Position numbers and translations under genes: made by a program. Below, in pieces: positions 35,565 to 45,144 of a stretch of DNA of 64,000 bases. The stretch's first letter is position 1; every line of letters begins with the position of its first letter. The notes under the pieces are model-generated. The model was not told the origin of the DNA. It was given only the letters and a program-made list of their open reading frames with translations, and ran no database searches. Where the stretch lies: contig DATNAU010000198.1 of assembly GCA_035572415.1 (NCBI GenBank), forward strand, positions 26-64,025, in the 5' to 3' direction. The DNA comes from Acidobacteriaceae bacterium. Its GTDB lineage: Bacteria; Acidobacteriota; Terriglobia; Terriglobales; Acidobacteriaceae.

Positions 35565-36194
35565 ATGGCACGATTTGCCGAGCCGATGTCCCGCTTGATC
35601 GACGAGCTGCGCAAGCTGCCCGGCGTCGGCACAAAATCCGCGCAGCGCCTCGCCTTCCACGTCCTCCGCTCCTCGGATGCCGATGCCCGCGCCCTCGCCG
35701 CCGCGATCCTCGAACTTCGCGCGCAGCTGCGTCTTTGCTCCGTTTGCAACAACGTCACCGACGTCGATCCCTGCGTCTACTGCGCCAGCGCCGTGCGCGA
35801 CCAGCATATTGTCTGTGTGGTGGAGGAGCCGACCAACATCGCGACCATCGAAAAAACACGCAGCTACAACGGCGTCTACCACGTGCTGCACGGCACGTTG
35901 TCGCCCATCGGCGGCGTCGGTCCGGAACAGCTTCGCATCGCGAACCTGCTCACGCGGATCACGCCCGCGACTCCGAATGGTCACCCCGTCGAAGCGATCC
36001 GCGAGATCATCCTTGCCACGTCGCCGACAACCGAAGGCGAGGCCACCGCCGCATACATCGCTGACGAGGTGCGCCGCATCGCACCCGATATGCGTGTCAC
36101 CCGAATTGCCACGGGCGTGCCCGCCGGTTCTGACATCGAGTACGCTGACGAAGTCACCATGTCCCGCGCGCTCGAAGGCCGCCGCGAATTTTAG
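35565..36194 (+). CDS. recR: recombination protein RecR
   Basis: Motifs LRKLPGVGTKSAQRLAFH (HhH), zinc finger CSVCNNVTDVDPCVYC, and a Toprim region. Confidence 0.95.
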   Translation: MARFAEPMSRLIDELRKLPGVGTKSAQRLAFHVLRSSDADARALAAAILELRAQLRLCSVCNNVTDVDPCVYCASAVRDQHIVCVVEEPTNIATIEKTRSYNGVYHVLHGTLSPIGGVGPEQLRIANLLTRITPATPNGHPVEAIREIILATSPTTEGEATAAYIADEVRRIAPDMRVTRIATGVPAGSDIEYADEVTMSRALEGRREF

Positions 36195-36246
36195 TCTTTT
36201 CCAGGGCGGGATTTTCTTTGCGCCCTGTTCATCCAATGCTGCGATT

Positions 36247-37290
36247 ATGTCTGTTGAACCCGCCGATCATTGCATGACCAGCACCATTCTCTCCCGCCGC
36301 GCCTTCCTCCGTCAGACGGTCGCCTTCAGCGCGATGGCCGCGACTTCCGGCATTGCACGTGCATCTGCGCCCGATATCGACCCGAAGGCCGCGCACATCC
36401 TGATCATTGGCGACTGGGGCTACACCAAACCCGAAGGCCAGCGTCAGGTCGCCGAAGGCATGGCGGCGTATACCAGGCAGAATTCCCTCAAACCGGAAGC
36501 GCTCTTCATGCTCGGCGATTCCTGGTACGGCGCGCTCGAAGGCGGCGTAGATTCGCCGCGGTGGCAGACGCAGTTTGAGCAGATGTATCCGGCGCCTCTT
36601 TTTCCAGGCCCGGCCTACTCCATCATGGGCAACCATGATTATCAGCGCATTCCCATCGGCGTGAACAAGGTCCAGGCCGAGCTGGACTACGCGAAACGCG
36701 GCAAGTCACGCTGGACCCAGCCGGGCCTTTGGTACACCTTCGACTTCAAGCCGGCTGGCGCAAACAACCCGCTGCTGCACGTCATCGCGCTCGACTCCAA
36801 CGCACCGAGTCCCGCACATCTGCTCGATCCAGTCACCTTTACGCTTACCGCGGAACAGTACAACGAGCAGCTGAAATGGATGGACAGCGAACTCGCCAAA
36901 CCTGCAAAGGCGCCCTTCCGGATCGTCATGGGCCACCACCCCATCTTCTCCAATGGCCGCCACGGCGATACAGCGGTGCTGGTGCGCGACTGGGAACCGC
37001 GCCTGCGCGCCCACGGCGTCCACGCCTATCTCGCCGGCCACGACCACGACCTCCAGCATCTCGAATTCGCCGGGCATCCCACATCATTCGTCTGCTCGGG
37101 CGCGGGCGGCGCGGACCTCTACGAGATCAAAATTCCCGAAAGCCAGCGCGGCCCCTTCGCCGATCGCGTCTACGGCTTCACGCACCTCGAGGCCACGCCA
37201 AAGAAGCTCACCTTCCGCCACATCGACGCGCAGGGTAACGTGCTGCACGCCTTCTCCAAGGCGAAGGACGGCGCGGTCACGCTACCCTAG
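36247..37290 (+). CDS. Tat-exported metallophosphoesterase (purple acid phosphatase / ACP5-like)
   Basis: Tat-like signal SRRAFLRQ. Metallophosphoesterase motifs IIGDWGY, LGDSWYG, MGNHDY, MGHHP and AGHDHDLQH. Start at ATG 36247 or 36274; the ORF-track start at 35677 overlaps recR in another frame. Confidence 0.85.
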   Translation: MSVEPADHCMTSTILSRRAFLRQTVAFSAMAATSGIARASAPDIDPKAAHILIIGDWGYTKPEGQRQVAEGMAAYTRQNSLKPEALFMLGDSWYGALEGGVDSPRWQTQFEQMYPAPLFPGPAYSIMGNHDYQRIPIGVNKVQAELDYAKRGKSRWTQPGLWYTFDFKPAGANNPLLHVIALDSNAPSPAHLLDPVTFTLTAEQYNEQLKWMDSELAKPAKAPFRIVMGHHPIFSNGRHGDTAVLVRDWEPRLRAHGVHAYLAGHDHDLQHLEFAGHPTSFVCSGAGGADLYEIKIPESQRGPFADRVYGFTHLEATPKKLTFRHIDAQGNVLHAFSKAKDGAVTLP

Positions 37291-38906
37291 CCCACTATCA
37301 CCCGCAAATCTCCGCCCGTCATGTCCTTCGGCTGCCCCAAATTCAGCAGCCCAAGAATCGTCGGCGAGATGTCGCGCAAACTCCCGCCGTTCCGCAGGCT
37401 TACCGTCCCATTCGGCGCATCCGTAACCAGGATGAACGGCACCGGATTGGTCGTGTGCGCGGTGTGCGGGCCGCCGGTGGCGGGATCGATCATCAGCTCG
37501 GCGTTGCCGTGGTCGGCCGTCACCAGCAGCGCGCCGCCTTTCTGCTTTACCTCGCGATAGATGCGGCCCAGCTCGCGGTCCACGGTTTCCACCGCCTTCA
37601 CCGTCGGCTCCAGCCTGCCCGAGTGGCCCACCATATCCGCATTCGCAAAATTCACGATGACGATGTCGAAGGCCGTGTCGTTGATCGCCTTCACCACCGC
37701 ATCCGCAATGCCAGCGGCCGACATCTCCGGCGCCAGGTCATACGTCTTCACCTTCTGCGAGGGAACCAGCGCGCGGTCCTCGCCGGCAAACGGCTTCTCA
37801 ATGCCGCCGTTGAAGAAGTACGTCACGTGCGCGTACTTCTCCGTCTCCGCTACGCGCAGGTTGCGCAGGTTGGCCTGCGCCATCAGGTGCGCCAGCAGGT
37901 TGTCCATCGACTCCGGCGGAATCACGATCGGCAGCGCGAAATTCTTGTCGTACTGCGTCATGCAGACGTAGTGGATGTTCTTCGGCGCCTGCGCGCGCGG
38001 AATCTCCGCATCCAGCTCCGCCGCCTTCGGCAGATCGAGGCCGCCGTTCGCGGTAAGGCCACCCTTGTTGTTCACCACGTTGCGGGCCAGCACGCGCGTG
38101 ATCTGTCTCGCCCGGTCCGCTCGGTAGTTGAAGTTGATGACCACATCGTTATCGCGGATCGGGCCGACGGCATTGCCTGCTGCATCCACCATCGTGAACG
38201 GGGGAATAAACTCATCTGTCGTCCCGGAGTTGTAAAGCTCCTTCATCCGGGCCAGCGCGTCCGTGTACGTTCCGCCTTCAGGACGCCCCGTCACCATCGC
38301 ATCGAACGCCTGGCGCTCCTTCTCCCAGCGCAGGTCGCGGTCCATCGCGTAGTAGCGCCCGCTGACGCTTGCGAGTTTGCCCACCCCGCTCGCGCGGAAC
38401 TGCTGCTGCAGCGCTTCCAGATAGCCCAGACCGCTGGTGGGCATGGTGTCGCGCCCATCCATGAAGGCGTGCACGAAGACGCGCGAGAGCTTCTCTTGCG
38501 CGGCCAGCTTCAGCAGCGCATACAGATGCCGCTGGTGCGAGTGCACGCCGCCATCGGAAACCAGGCCGATGATGTGAAGTGCGGAGTTCTTCTCCTGCGC
38601 TTTGCTTACCGCGCCCAGCAGCGTTTCATCCTGGAAGAAGCTGCCGTCTTCAATCGCCACGTCGATACGCGTCACGTCCATGCGCACGATGCGGCCGGCG
38701 CCGAGGTTCAGGTGGCCTACCTCGCTGTTGCCCATCTGCCCGTCGGGCAGGCCCACGAAGTGATCGCTCGCGCGCAATAGTGTGTTTGGAAAATCGCGCA
38801 GCAGGCCGTCATAGACGGGCTTGCGGGCGAGTGCAATGGCATTGCCGTGCGTCTCCGGCCGGTATCCCCAGCCATCCAGAATGGTAAGAACAATGGGTCG
38901 TGGCAT
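37287..38906 (-). CDS. gpmI: 2,3-bisphosphoglycerate-independent phosphoglycerate mutase
   Basis: 539 aa with full-length resemblance to iPGM ([30 protein letters not shown]). Confidence 0.95.
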   Translation of the reverse strand: MPRPIVLTILDGWGYRPETHGNAIALARKPVYDGLLRDFPNTLLRASDHFVGLPDGQMGNSEVGHLNLGAGRIVRMDVTRIDVAIEDGSFFQDETLLGAVSKAQEKNSALHIIGLVSDGGVHSHQRHLYALLKLAAQEKLSRVFVHAFMDGRDTMPTSGLGYLEALQQQFRASGVGKLASVSGRYYAMDRDLRWEKERQAFDAMVTGRPEGGTYTDALARMKELYNSGTTDEFIPPFTMVDAAGNAVGPIRDNDVVINFNYRADRARQITRVLARNVVNNKGGLTANGGLDLPKAAELDAEIPRAQAPKNIHYVCMTQYDKNFALPIVIPPESMDNLLAHLMAQANLRNLRVAETEKYAHVTYFFNGGIEKPFAGEDRALVPSQKVKTYDLAPEMSAAGIADAVVKAINDTAFDIVIVNFANADMVGHSGRLEPTVKAVETVDRELGRIYREVKQKGGALLVTADHGNAELMIDPATGGPHTAHTTNPVPFILVTDAPNGTVSLRNGGSLRDISPTILGLLNLGQPKDMTGGDLRVIVG

Positions 38907-38937
38907 TTGGACTTAAGGATACCAACCAATCGCGAGA

Positions 38938-39123
38938 ATGGCTGCGCAGTCCGGGAACGTGAGAGCATGGCTGGCAATGGGAGTGATATCGAGAGCTATC
39001 GATGGATCGCCGGTCTGGGCACGCGTGACCCTTGCGATCGCCGTTATCTCGTTAGCTATTTACGGCATTCACTACTATGGTTTTTGGTCGTTCCTCATGC
39101 ATGCGATCTTTAGCCCGGATTGA
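38938..39123 (+). CDS. possible small membrane protein
   Basis: 61 aa with two hydrophobic stretches (ARVTLAIAVISLAIYGIHYYGFWSFLM). No clear ribosome-binding site and no homology recognised. Confidence 0.25.
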   Translation: MAAQSGNVRAWLAMGVISRAIDGSPVWARVTLAIAVISLAIYGIHYYGFWSFLMHAIFSPD

Positions 39124-39137
39124 TGACCCCAAAAAAA

Positions 39138-39167
39138 ATCCGTGTCCTTCATCCGTGCTGATCCGTG
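39138..39167. repeat. three direct ATCCGTG copies (family E) preceded by an A8 run
   Basis: ATCCGTG at 39138, 39151 and 39161, with A8 at 39131-39138. Lies between two convergent 3' ends, the same context as 6434-6460. Confidence 0.7.
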
Positions 39168-39181
39168 GTTAAGGTTTTGCC

Positions 39182-39853
39182 TTATGCCTGCACCGTCTCA
39201 GCAGCCTGGATCTCCTCGAACGTCAGGTTCTCCGCCGTACTGCCCGTCCTTTGCTTCCATGCGAGGAACAGCCGCCCGTAGCTCTCCGTAATGCAGGCTC
39301 CAGGGTCAATGCCCAGCCGCTCCAGCGTTGCGTCGATCCACGCAGGCGGCCCTTCCAGTTCCGCGAAGTCGCCGATCGGTGTTTCGTCCACCACCAGGTG
39401 ACTGCGCAGGCGCGGGGCCGGCAGGCCTGCGTCTTTTTCAAACAGTGGTCCGTCAATGGTCGATGTCACCTGCGACCACTCTGTGCGGAATTTTTCGTAG
39501 CGGAACACCGGTGTGTAGCCGAGCTGCTCAAAGATCGCGCCCATCGCCGGGCCGTCATCCACCACGGTTTCCGTCTCGATGCGCACCTTGTAGCGCGATT
39601 CAGGCGCGACGACCTCGCCTGCATCCAGTGACGCCGTGACGGGCCGTTTGTGCGTCACGGTCCAGAGTCCGCCGTAGTTGCGTATCCGCAGTATCTGGCG
39701 GGGCCCGCGAAGACTGCGCTGCGGCGTGTCGTACAAGGTATTCTGCTCAAACGTGCGCGGCGTATCGAGCTTGAAGCCGGCGGCGGGCAGCAGTTGTTGA
39801 AGGCGATGGAGATCGACGATCGGAATTTTCAGCTCGATCTCGGCACTTTGCAT
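39182..39853 (-). CDS. CYTH-domain protein (triphosphatase / class IV adenylate cyclase family)
   Basis: Starts MQSAEIELKIPI, which contains the ExExK signature. About 223 aa from the ATG at 39853; the ORF-track start at 39937 is an extension. Confidence 0.8.
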   Translation of the reverse strand: MQSAEIELKIPIVDLHRLQQLLPAAGFKLDTPRTFEQNTLYDTPQRSLRGPRQILRIRNYGGLWTVTHKRPVTASLDAGEVVAPESRYKVRIETETVVDDGPAMGAIFEQLGYTPVFRYEKFRTEWSQVTSTIDGPLFEKDAGLPAPRLRSHLVVDETPIGDFAELEGPPAWIDATLERLGIDPGACITESYGRLFLAWKQRTGSTAENLTFEEIQAAETVQA

Positions 39854-39978
39854 GCAGAAAGTATACGACCGCAGGCGATCGCGAAACGCAGACCGCGGAA
39901 CGGCAACCTGGCGCCGGGCGGCGCATCTGAGTCTCAAAGATCACCGGGCCCTGAACGGAAAGGTTTGACAGGAGGGCC

Positions 39979-41001
39979 ATGATGAGCGGCAAGACCGAGC
40001 GGCTGGAGACGGGAGGAGTTACCGGCGCGGCAGGAACACGCAGGGCTGCGGAGTTGCTTCGCTCCGGCGCCACAGTCGCGTTTCCCACCGAAACCGTCTA
40101 CGGTCTGGGCGCCAACGCGCTGGACGCCGAAGCCGTCGCAAAGATCTTCGCCGCGAAGGAACGGCCCGCGTGGGACCCACTGATTGTGCATGTCGCCGAC
40201 AGGGCCATGCTGGAGCAGGTGGTCGACTCCAGCATGGTCGACACGGTAGCCGATGAACTGATGCTCGCCTTCTGGCCCGGCGCGCTGACTCTTCTACTGC
40301 CTCGTGCACCGGAGCTGCCTAAGGCTGTCACGGCGGGGCGCGCTCTGGTCGGGGTGCGCATCCCGCAGCACCCCATTGCGCGCGAGCTGATCCGCCTCGC
40401 CGGAGTGCCGGTCGCCGCGCCCAGCGCCAACCGCTTCGGACGCACAAGCCCCACCACTGCAGCGCACGTCCTCCAGGACCTTGACGGCCGTATCGACGCG
40501 CTGCTCGATGGCGGCGCGGCCACAGTAGGTGTCGAGTCAACGGTCTTCGATGTCGCCTCGCGCACCATTTATCGCCCGGGAGCGGTCACGGCCGCAAATC
40601 TCATCGAGATCATCGGCGAGCCCGTCCATCTTGCCCGGTCGTCCCCGGCGCAAGAGCAAGAGCCGCCGGAATCTTCACCTTCGCCCGGCATGGGGCAGCG
40701 CCACTACGCTCCGGCTGCGCGGCTGGTCCTCGTCGATAATCGCAAGGCTTTTGAGGAGGAGGTCGCGAAGCACCCTGCTGCTGAGGTCGGCGTCATGCTT
40801 CCGGATGATTGGGACCCTGGTCATGCCGCCGAAGCCTTCCGCTGGGGTCCATGGGACCGGCCTGACACGCTCGCCCGCCTGCTCTATCTTGGGCTGCGGT
40901 TCCTCGACCAGCGCGCGGTGAAGGTGATCGTCTGCCCTGTTCCACCGCCAGCCGGCATAGGCCAGGCGCTGCGCGACCGGCTGACGAGGGCTGCGAGGTA
41001 G
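39979..41001 (+). CDS. tsaC: L-threonylcarbamoyladenylate synthase (Sua5/YwlC type, with C-terminal Sua5 domain)
   Basis: Motifs VAFPTETVYGLGANALD, APSANRFGRTSPTTAAHV and VESTVFD. 340 aa. Confidence 0.9.
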   Translation: MMSGKTERLETGGVTGAAGTRRAAELLRSGATVAFPTETVYGLGANALDAEAVAKIFAAKERPAWDPLIVHVADRAMLEQVVDSSMVDTVADELMLAFWPGALTLLLPRAPELPKAVTAGRALVGVRIPQHPIARELIRLAGVPVAAPSANRFGRTSPTTAAHVLQDLDGRIDALLDGGAATVGVESTVFDVASRTIYRPGAVTAANLIEIIGEPVHLARSSPAQEQEPPESSPSPGMGQRHYAPAARLVLVDNRKAFEEEVAKHPAAEVGVMLPDDWDPGHAAEAFRWGPWDRPDTLARLLYLGLRFLDQRAVKVIVCPVPPPAGIGQALRDRLTRAAR

Positions 41002-41016
41002 ATCGGGAGCAGCGAC

Positions 41017-41736
41017 TTATGCCTCCCCAATCTTTCGCACGTCGGCATAGATCGGTAACACTGTTGGGATCGCCAGCAGGAGTGCCAGCGGGAACAGAAT
41101 CCAGAATCCATAGTGCGGGTACGCCGCAGCAGCGAGGATGCCGCCGATGAAGAATCCGACGACCAGAAGCACCAGCATTCCAAGGCGCTCCCTGTCCACA
41201 CGCACTGGCGGCTGCGTTGCATTTCTATTCCAATAGATCGCCCGCCCAAGTTCTATTCCGATATCTGTAATCGTTCCGGTAACGTGTGTCGTGCGGATTT
41301 CCGCGTCGGAGATTTTCGTAATGATTGCGTTCTGCAGCCCCATGGCAAAGGCGAGTACTCCAAGAAGCCATATCGGCGCTGGGTTGTGACGAATGCTCAG
41401 CGCCACTGCGCCCAGCAGTACGGATTCCAGAAGCAGCGGCAGGGCAAACTGGCTCTCGCCATTCCTGCGTCGCGAGAAGTTGACCAGCAGCGCGCATACG
41501 GCGGCCCCGCAAAGGAAGCTCGACAGGATCAAACCGGCGTCCGTAAAGATCGCACGGCCATGCCCTGCAAGGGAGAACGCCAGTGTCGCCGTTATGCCGG
41601 ACATGTGCGAAGTGAACTGCCGAAGCCCGAGATAACCGGAGACATCGACCAGTCCGGCGGCGAAGGCAAGCAGTCCTGCCAAACGAACATTCGCCCAGCG
41701 GGATCGTACTCGCCCTGTAAGTCTCCGTAGCGGCAT
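41017..41736 (-). CDS. YoaK-family (DUF1275) membrane protein
   Basis: Multi-pass membrane protein. AGLVDVSGYLGLRQFTSHMSGITA is typical of the family. Confidence 0.75.
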   Translation of the reverse strand: MPLRRLTGRVRSRWANVRLAGLLAFAAGLVDVSGYLGLRQFTSHMSGITATLAFSLAGHGRAIFTDAGLILSSFLCGAAVCALLVNFSRRRNGESQFALPLLLESVLLGAVALSIRHNPAPIWLLGVLAFAMGLQNAIITKISDAEIRTTHVTGTITDIGIELGRAIYWNRNATQPPVRVDRERLGMLVLLVVGFFIGGILAAAAYPHYGFWILFPLALLLAIPTVLPIYADVRKIGEA

Positions 41737-41832
41737 GAGTCATTGTCCCATTGGAACGACGGCCGGCCAATCCTCCTTATCCCAGGTGACATCGGGGCCA
41801 CGGCCGATCGGGGTTGCGGCATCTAGGTGTCT

Positions 41833-42066
41833 ATGGCAATTCCCGCGACCACGCCAAGGGATATGGCCCCCCAGCCGGGAGAACCGGGAAATCGCCAGCC
41901 CGTTCTACAGCAACAGCAATCAGGACGCTGGGAACGCGAGGCCGAAGAGCTTCACAAATCCGGCCCGGAAGACTCCGTTACGACGTCCAGCCGTATTTAT
42001 TTCTTCGTAATTGTGGGAATTGTTGCGGCCACCTTCGTCGTATTCCTGTTGTTGCGTCCACAGTGA
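41833..42066 (+). CDS. possible small tail-anchored membrane protein
   Basis: 77 aa from the ATG at 41833. The N-terminus is polar and the C-terminus is a TM helix (IYFFVIVGIVAATFVVFLLL). It ends 55 nt before the likely PASTA-protein start. No homology recognised. Confidence 0.3.
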   Translation: MAIPATTPRDMAPQPGEPGNRQPVLQQQQSGRWEREAEELHKSGPEDSVTTSSRIYFFVIVGIVAATFVVFLLLRPQ

Positions 42067-42121
42067 AGCAGTCCGCTTTGTCAACCGGCGGTGCGATAAG
42101 CTGCTTACAGGCGGACCGGCC

Positions 42122-43000
42122 TTGAGACGCTTTTTCACCTTCGCGCTGGGTGCGCTGGCCATGGCGGCCGTCGCGCTGATCTCGATGTTCATCACCATGC
42201 GCGTCGCGATCCATGGCCGCGAGGCGGTCGTGCCGCCGCTCACCGGCCTCTTCGTCACGGACGCAGCCGCCGCCGCGGACCGTGTGGGTCTCCGTCTGAC
42301 CATCGAGAACCGTTTCTACTCCGGTGAAGTGGCCGCCGGTCGCATCCTTGCGCAGGATCCTGCTCCTGGTTCCCGCGTGCGCCGTGAATGGGCCGTCCGC
42401 GTTACCGAATCGCTTGGCCCGCAGCGCGTGAGCGTGCCGGACCTGACCGGCGAGTCGGAACGCGCCGCGATGGTCTCTGCCCGGCGTCTCGGTCTCGAGC
42501 CCGGCGCGGTCGCGCATCTGGCAGTTCCCGGCGACGCCGATGTCGTAATTGCGCAGACGCCCGCCCCCAACTCCGGCGGTGCGGACAGCCCCCGCGTCAG
42601 CCTGCTCGTGAGCGACCCAGCCAGTGTGCAGCAGCAGGCCTACGTAATGCCGCAACTGGTCGGACTCACCTACGCCGTGGCCAGCGACCGCGCCGCCGCT
42701 GCCGGTCTCCATCTCGCAATCGCGCAACCTGCTCCGCAGCCCGCTCCCGCACCAACAGCCGCTCCACCCGGGTCCGGTGGACCTGCGGGTTCGGCCGCGG
42801 CGACCGCAACGCCACAAGCGCCTCCGGCAGCGCAGCCGCCTGCTCCCGCGCCGCCTCCTATCGTGGTTCATCCCGGCAGCATCATTACCGCGCAGACTCC
42901 GCCGGCTGGCCGGCGCGTGCAGCAAGGCGACGCCGTCCACATCACGGTGGAGGATCCTTCCATGCAGCCGCTGGCCGCGACCGTTACGCGGGCGAATTGA
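42122..43000 (+). CDS. membrane-anchored PASTA-domain protein (no kinase or PBP domain)
   Basis: N-terminal TM (FTFALGALAMAAVALISMFITM) followed by three PASTA-like repeats (VPPLTGL..., VPDLTGES..., MPQLVGLT...) and a Pro/Ala-rich region. Start is uncertain: TTG at 42122, or the ORF-track TTG at 42011. Confidence 0.75.
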   Translation: MRRFFTFALGALAMAAVALISMFITMRVAIHGREAVVPPLTGLFVTDAAAAADRVGLRLTIENRFYSGEVAAGRILAQDPAPGSRVRREWAVRVTESLGPQRVSVPDLTGESERAAMVSARRLGLEPGAVAHLAVPGDADVVIAQTPAPNSGGADSPRVSLLVSDPASVQQQAYVMPQLVGLTYAVASDRAAAAGLHLAIAQPAPQPAPAPTAAPPGSGGPAGSAAATATPQAPPAAQPPAPAPPPIVVHPGSIITAQTPPAGRRVQQGDAVHITVEDPSMQPLAATVTRAN

Positions 43001-43067
43001 CACTACAGGTGTTTTCGGGGCCAAGCCGCCTTGCCGTGCCCGCCCACCACGGTCTAGACTTCCTGCC

Positions 43068-44111
43068 ATGCGCCGTCAACCGAAACTCATCGCTGCCTTA
43101 GCCGCCTCTGTTTTCGCTGCCACCGCAACCGCTTCGCTGCCCGCGCAGGACTGGGCCAAGGCGATGCTCGAAAAGTCTCCCCGCCATCGCGAATACGTGC
43201 CGATCAAGCATGGCGACCGCACCGTCACTGCCTTCGTCGTCTATCCGGAGGTCAGCAGCAAGGCTCCCGTGATCGTCATGATCCACGAGATATTCGGCCT
43301 CAGCGACTGGGCCAAGGAGATGGCCGATGAGCTCGCCGCTAAAGGCTACATCGTCGTCGCGCCCGACCTGCTGAGCGGCGCGGGTCCCAATGGCGGCGGC
43401 ACGGACGCCTTCTCCGGCACGGACCAGGTCACGCGCGCCGTCTCCGGCCTCAACGCCGACCAGGTCACCGCCGATCTCGACGCCGCAGCCGACTACGGCA
43501 AGAAGCTCCCCGCGGCCAACGGCAAGGTTTACGTCGCAGGCTTCTGCTGGGGCGGCGGCAAGTCGTTCGCCTTCGCCACGCATCGGCACGACCTCAGCGC
43601 GGCCTTCGTCTTCTACGGCCCTCCTCCGCCGGATGATGCACTGAACGCCATTACCGCGCCGGTGTATGGCTTCTACGCGGGCAATGACGCGCGCATCAGC
43701 GCCACGGTCCCTGCAACCACGGAAAAGATGAAAGCCGACGGCAAGAAGTACGATCCCGTGATCTACGAGGGCGCCGGCCACGGCTTTATGCGCGCAGGCC
43801 AGCAGCCCGACGCCACCGACGCCAACAAGAGGGCATGGGAAGAAGGCTTCAAGAAGATGACCGGCATCATCAACGCCGGCGGCTCCGCATCGCTCGCGCG
43901 TCCCGCGCATGGAACCGCGGTCGCAGCGAAGGCTGCGCGCAGCGCGAAGCCGCACGCTGCTCTGGTGAAGACTGTCTCCGCGAAGTCGAACTCCGAGGCG
44001 ATGGACTGCCACGACATGGGGACGGATACAAAGACCGCCACCAGCTCAAAGGAATCCAGCGGGAAGAGCAGCGCGAGTGGGGGTATGGACATGGCCGCAA
44101 TGCAAATGTGA
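43068..44111 (+). CDS. dienelactone hydrolase family protein, secreted, with Ser/Lys/Met-rich C-terminal tail
   Basis: Signal peptide MRRQPKLIAALAASVFAATATASLPAQ. Motifs VMIHEIFGLSDW, GFCWGG and GAGHGF. Tail ...CHDMGTDTKTATSSKESSGKSSASGGMDMAAMQM. The ORF-track start at 42777 overlaps the PASTA gene. Confidence 0.85.
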   Translation: MRRQPKLIAALAASVFAATATASLPAQDWAKAMLEKSPRHREYVPIKHGDRTVTAFVVYPEVSSKAPVIVMIHEIFGLSDWAKEMADELAAKGYIVVAPDLLSGAGPNGGGTDAFSGTDQVTRAVSGLNADQVTADLDAAADYGKKLPAANGKVYVAGFCWGGGKSFAFATHRHDLSAAFVFYGPPPPDDALNAITAPVYGFYAGNDARISATVPATTEKMKADGKKYDPVIYEGAGHGFMRAGQQPDATDANKRAWEEGFKKMTGIINAGGSASLARPAHGTAVAAKAARSAKPHAALVKTVSAKSNSEAMDCHDMGTDTKTATSSKESSGKSSASGGMDMAAMQM

Positions 44112-44170
44112 ACGTTGTCGGCGGACTGCGCGAGCCACCAAAGGTGTGCAGGCGATGCGGTTCGGATATG

Positions 44171-44267
44171 TTTTGCTTAAGGGCACGGCTTCAGCCGTGC
44201 CGTAAATCGTTGCCTTATGTGAAGGGGCTTTAGCCCCTGAGGTCGGTTTTGCTTCAAACTGACCCAC
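44171..44267. repeat. composite two-hairpin repeat (GGGCACGGCTTCAGCCGTGCC + GGGGCTTTAGCCCC) plus half of an 18-bp terminal repeat
   Basis: About 75 nt are near-identical in their blocks to 52427-52500. TTCAAACTGACCCAC (44253-44267) matches the arm of the element at 53344-53462. Confidence 0.8.
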
Positions 44268-44320
44268 GCCATTGCCGAACGGGTCTCGATTCTGAGACGT
44301 GGGAGTGCTCTAATGTCCAT

Positions 44321-45028
44321 GTGACCTCTGCGCGCACAACGTCTCTGCCTTCACTTCAAGAAGAGTTGGACCGCATCACCCAGCAGACCCGCGCCCTCGT
44401 TCAGCCCGAGCGGCTCGCCATCTCCGAGCGTGCCAGTGCGGAACTGCTCGCCAGCGGAATCGAATCGTGCGTGCTCCCCGTCGGAGCGCATGCGCCGGAG
44501 TTCGCGCTGCCGGATGCGCTGACCGGAAAGACCGTCCGCTCCGCCGATCTGCTTGCGCTCGGCCCGCTGGTAATCAAGTTCTTCCGCGGCCGCTGGTGTC
44601 CCTACTGCGTAACCGAGCTTGAGGCCTGGCGCGACCTGCACGCCGAAGTCCGCGGAATGGGCGCGCTGCTCGTCGCCATCTCGCCCCAGAACCACCGCCA
44701 TAACGACTTCACCATCCAGCAGCATGCGCTTCCATTCCCAGTGCTCTCGGATGCGGGAGCCGAGATCGCCGCGCAATACGGCATCGCCTACACTGTCACC
44801 GAAGCACAGCGCGGCTACTACGAGAGCATCCTGGTCAATATTCCCTTCGTGAACTCCGGCGCAACGTACAGGAACGCAAGCGAAGCAAGCTGGCGCCTGC
44901 CGCTCCCCGCGACCTTCGTCGTCGCACAGGACGGCTCCATCGCGTTCGCCGAGGCCCACGCCGACTTCCGCGTCCGCCCCGAACCAGCCGACGTTCTCGC
45001 CGCACTCTCGCGCATCACAAAGCGCTGA
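44321..45028 (+). CDS. AhpC/TSA-family peroxiredoxin-like (thioredoxin-fold) protein
   Basis: FFRGRWCPYCVTELEAW matches the redoxin pattern. Start is uncertain: the GTG at 44321 is preferred because the ORF-track TTG at 44249 lies inside a repeat element. Confidence 0.8.
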   Translation: MTSARTTSLPSLQEELDRITQQTRALVQPERLAISERASAELLASGIESCVLPVGAHAPEFALPDALTGKTVRSADLLALGPLVIKFFRGRWCPYCVTELEAWRDLHAEVRGMGALLVAISPQNHRHNDFTIQQHALPFPVLSDAGAEIAAQYGIAYTVTEAQRGYYESILVNIPFVNSGATYRNASEASWRLPLPATFVVAQDGSIAFAEAHADFRVRPEPADVLAALSRITKR

Positions 45029-45045
45029 AGATGATGTATGGACCG

Positions 45046-45139
45046 CGTCATTCTGGAGCGAACAGAACCTCCCCATTTTCTTTTACGAAAGCAGCATGGG
45101 TGCCCCATCCGTACGCGCTTTTCGCGGACGGGTGGGGTG
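45046..45139. repeat. degenerate family A' unit plus family D hairpin
   Basis: CGTCATTCTGGAGCG... at 45046. GGGTGCCCCATCCGTACGCG-CTTT-TCGCGGACGGGTGGGGTG at 45098-45139. Lies between two convergent 3' ends. Confidence 0.7.
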
Positions 45140-45144
45140 TAGGT

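Noticed and set aside
35677-36246. N-terminal 190 codons of the 537-aa ORF that ends as the metallophosphoesterase
   Set aside because: This part overlaps recR in another frame and is Pro/Ser/Arg/Ala-rich. A Tat signal peptide begins only after the ATG at 36247 or 36274, so the extension was discarded.
37455-38780. 441-aa plus-strand ORF opposite gpmI, with analogous ORFs at 45718-46557 opposite pgi and 62458-63636 opposite dsbD
   Set aside because: The opposite strands encode unmistakable iPGM, PGI and DsbD proteins. The shadow ORFs are Arg/His/Gln-rich with no motifs.
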